Assembly: GCA_964016885.1 (NCBI GenBank)
Contig: OZ024744.1
Span: forward strand, 129,456,001 to 129,520,000
Origin: Eledone cirrhosa
Taxonomy: Eukaryota
Direction of reading: 5' to 3'
DNA: 64,000 nt
This document shows positions 61,141 through 64,000 of the stretch, in pieces (within the stretch, counting starts at the first letter, position 1; the number at the start of each line of letters is the position of its first letter). A program made the translations under genes and the position numbers. Under the pieces are notes generated by a model. It made no database searches. It was not told the DNA's origin and was given only the letters and a program-made list of their open reading frames with translations.

Positions 61141-64000
61141 GGGTTAATTAAGTTGGGGTTAAGTTAAGTTGGGGTTAAGTTAAGTTGGGGTTAACTTCAG
61201 TTGGGGTTGAGTTAAGTTGGGGTTAAGTTTAGTTGGGGTTAATTTAAGTTGGGGTTGAGTTAAGTTGGGGTTAAGTTAAGTTGGGGTTAAGTTAATTTCG
61301 GGTTAAGTTAAGTTGGTGTTAAGTTAAGTTGGGGTTAAGTTAAGTTGGGGCTAAGTTAAGTTGGGGTTAAGTTAAGTTGGGGTTAAGTTAAGTTAGGGTT
61401 AATTTAAGTTGGGGTTATGTTACGTTGGGGTTAAGTTAAGTTGGGGTTAAGTTAGGTTTGTGTTAAGTTAAGTTGGGAGTAAGTTAAGTTGGGGGTAAGT
61501 TAAGTTGGTGTTAAGTTAAGTTGGGTTTAAGTTAAGTTGGGGCTAAGTTAAGTCAGGGCTAAGTTAAGTTGGGGCTGAGTTAAGTTGGGGTTAAGTTAAG
61601 TTGGGGTTGAGTTAAGTTGGAGTTAAGTTAAGTTGGGGTTAAGTTAAGTTGGGGTTAAGTTAAGTTGGGGCTAATTTAAGTTGGGGTTTAGTTAAGTTGG
61701 GGTTAAGTTAAGGTGGAGTTAAGTTAAGTTGGGGTCAACTAAAGTTGGGGTTAAGTTAAGTTGGGGTTAACTTAAGTTGGGGTTAAGTTAAGTTGGGGTT
61801 AAGTTGGGGTTAAATTAAGTTGGGGTTAAGTTAAGTTGGGGTTAAGTTAAATGGGGTTAAGTTAAGTTGCGGGTAATTTAAGTTGGGGTTAAGTTAAGTT
61901 GGGGTTAAGTTAAGTTGGGGGTAAGTTAAGTTGGGGGTAAGTTAAGTTGGGGTTAAGTTAAGTTGGGGTTAAGTTAAGTTGGGGTTAAGTTAAGTTAGGG
62001 TTAAGTTAAGTTGGGGTTGAGTTAAGTTGGAGTTAAGTTAAGTTGGGGTTATGTTAAGTTGGGGTTAAGTTAAGTTGGGGTTAAGTTAAGTTGGGGTTAA
62101 TTTAAGTTGGGGTTAATTTAAGTTGGGTCTAATTAAGTTGGGGTTAAGTTAAGTTGGGGTTAAGTTAAGTTGGGGTTAAGTTAAGTTGGGGTTAAGTTAA
62201 GTTGGGTTTACGTTAAGTTGGGGGTAAGTTAAGTTGGTGGTAAGTTAAGTTGGGGGATAGTTAAGATGGGGTTAAGTTAAGTTGGGGTTAATTTAATTTG
62301 GGGTTAAGTTAAGTTAGGGTTAAGTTAAGTTGGGGTTGAGTTAAGTCGGGGTTCAGTTAAGTTGGGGTTATGTTATGTTGGGGTTAAGTTAAGTTGGGGT
62401 TAAGTTAAGTTGGGGTTCAATTAAGTTGCGGGTAATTTAAGTTGGGGTTAAGTTAAGTTGGGGGTACGTTAAGTTGGGGGTAAGTTAAGTTGGGGTTAAG
62501 TTAAGTTGGGGTTAAGTTAAGTCGGGGTTAATTTAAGTTGCGGTTAAGTTAAGTTGGGGTTAAGTTAAGTTGGGGTTAAGTTAAGTTGGGATTAAGTTAA
62601 GTTGGGGTTAAGTTAAGTTGGGGTTGAGTTAAGTTGGGGTTAAGTTAGATTGTTGTTAAGTTATTTTGGGGTTAAGTTAAGTTGGGGTTAAGTTAAGTTG
62701 GGGTTAATTTAAGTTGGGGTTAAGTTAAGTGGGGGTTAAGTTGAGTTGGGGTTAAGTTAAGTTGGGGTTAAGTTAAGTTGGGGTTAAGTTAAGTTGGGGT
62801 TAAGATAAGTTGGGGTTAAGTTAAGTTGGGGTTGAGTTAAGTTCGGGTTGAGTTAATTTGGGGTTAACTTAAGTTGGGGTTAACTTAAGTTGGGATTAAG
62901 TTAAGTTGGGGTTAAGTTAAGTTGGGGTTAAATTAAGTCCGGGTTAAGTTAAGTTGGGGTTAAGTTAAGTTGGGGTTAAGTTAAGTTGGGGTTAAGTTAA
63001 GTTGGGGTTAAGTTAGGTTGGGGTTAAGTTATGTTGGGGGTAAGTTAAGTTGGGGGTAAGTTAAGTTGGGGGTAAGTTAAGTTGGGTCTAATTAAGTTGG
63101 GGTTAAGTTAAGTTGGGGTTAAGTTAAGTTGGGGTTAAGTTAAGTTGGGGTTAAGTTAAGTTGGGGTTAGGTTAAGTTGGGGCTAAGTTAAGTTGGGGTT
63201 AAGTTAAGTTGGGGTTACGTTAAGTTGGGGGTAAGTTAAGTTGGTGGTAAGTTAAGTTGGGGGTAAGTTAAGATGGGGTTAAGTTAAGTTGGGGTTAATT
63301 TAATTTGTGGTTAAGTTAAGTTGGGGTTAAGTTAAGTTGGGGTTAAGTTAAGTTGGAGTTAAGTTAAGTTGGGGGTAAGTCAAGTTGAGGTTATGTTAAG
63401 TTGGGGTTAAGATAAGTTGGGGTTAAGTTAAGTTGGGGTTGAGCTAAGTTGGGGTTGAGTTAATTTGGGGTTAAGTTAAGTTGGGGTTAAGTTAAGTTGG
63501 GTTTAAGTTAAGTTGGGGTTAAGTTAAGTTGGGGTTAAATTAAGTTGGGGTTAAGCTAAGTTGGGGTTAAGTTAAATTGAGGTTAAGTTAAGTTGGGGTT
63601 AATTTAAGTTGGGGTTAAGCTAAGTTGGGGTTAAGTTAAATTGAGGTTAAGTTAAGTTGGGGTTAAGTTCAGTTGGGGTTAATTTAAGTTGGGGCTAAGT
63701 AAAGTTGGGGCTAAGTGAAGTGGGGGTTAAGTTAAGTTAGGGTTGAGTTAAGTTGGGGTTAAGTTAATTTTGTGTTAAGTTAAGTTGGGTTTGAGTTAAG
63801 TTGGGGTTAATTAAGTTGGGGTTAAGTTAAGTTGGGGTTAAGTTAAGTTGGGGTTAAGTTAAGTTGGGGTTAAGTTAAGTTGCGGTTAAGTTAAGTTGAG
63901 GTTAAGTTAAGTTGGGGTTAAGTGAAGTTGCGGTTAAGTTAAGTTGGGGCTAAGTTAAGTTGGGGCTAAGTTAAGTTGGGGCTTAGTTAAGTTGGGGTTA

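Larger units (their letters stand above)
1..64000 (+). repeat. Tandem satellite array, 16-bp monomer TTGGGGTTAAGTTAAG (TTGGGG + 2x TTAAG), about 4,000 copies, G-rich strand on +, running off both window ends
   Basis: Read directly: 1-16 TTGGGGTTAAATTAAG, 17-32 TTGGGGTTAAGTTAAG, 33-48 TTGGGGTTATGTTAAG. The same unit continues to base 64000 with scattered substitutions and small indels. No inverted (CCCCAA) block or non-repeat sequence seen. Confidence 0.99.

Noticed and set aside
1-64000. Protein-coding ORF or repeat-encoded peptide on either strand
   Set aside because: Each monomer has two TAA on + and two on - (CTTAACTTAACCCCAA). Because 16 is not a multiple of 3, stops cycle through all frames within 48 bp under the standard code.
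1-64000. CRISPR array or repeat-spacer system
   Set aside because: Monomers are directly adjacent with no unique spacers, leader or cas genes. Variation is limited to point changes and small indels of the same unit.
1-64000. Variant monomers as an information-bearing code or diversity-generating cassette system
   Set aside because: The recurring order of variants is explained by nested duplications with measurable offsets. No recombinase sites, expression locus or associated gene is visible.
1-64000. Variants as mere sequencing noise, or the array as a low-complexity artefact
   Set aside because: Rare variants reproduce at exact offsets (1280, 2098, 4997, 12149), which random errors would not do. 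The copy number of the largest duplications still needs read validation.
1-64000. Assignment to a specific taxon (e.g. Hymenoptera or ciliate) from the motif
   Set aside because: Similarity to known telomere motifs is only partial, and short G/T-rich motifs arise convergently. There is no unique sequence to support an assignment.

Overview
The whole 64-kb window is one uninterrupted, single-orientation tandem satellite array with a 16-bp consensus monomer, TTGGGG-TTAAG-TTAAG (about 4,000 copies, consensus GC 37.5%, no C on the + strand). I saw no genes, RNA genes, transposons, CRISPR spacers or unique sequence, and TAA stops occur in all six frames. The information lies in the variant monomers, which act as barcodes for nested duplications with periods of 16 bp, about 239 bp, 448 bp, 1.1-1.3 kb, 2.1 kb, 3.4 kb, 4.6-5.1 kb and 12.1 kb. 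The array appears layered: a highly homogenised central block (about 9-43 kb) lies between flanks that share variants not seen in the centre, and the right third is more diverged. The monomer is telomere-like (G-rich, built from TTGGGG and TTAAG), but variants copied in kb-scale blocks point to recombination or replication-based amplification rather than telomerase addition. The organism and chromosomal position cannot be determined from this window. I found no support for a protein-coding or otherwise novel gene system. Offsets were counted by eye from marker motifs, and block boundaries are approximate.
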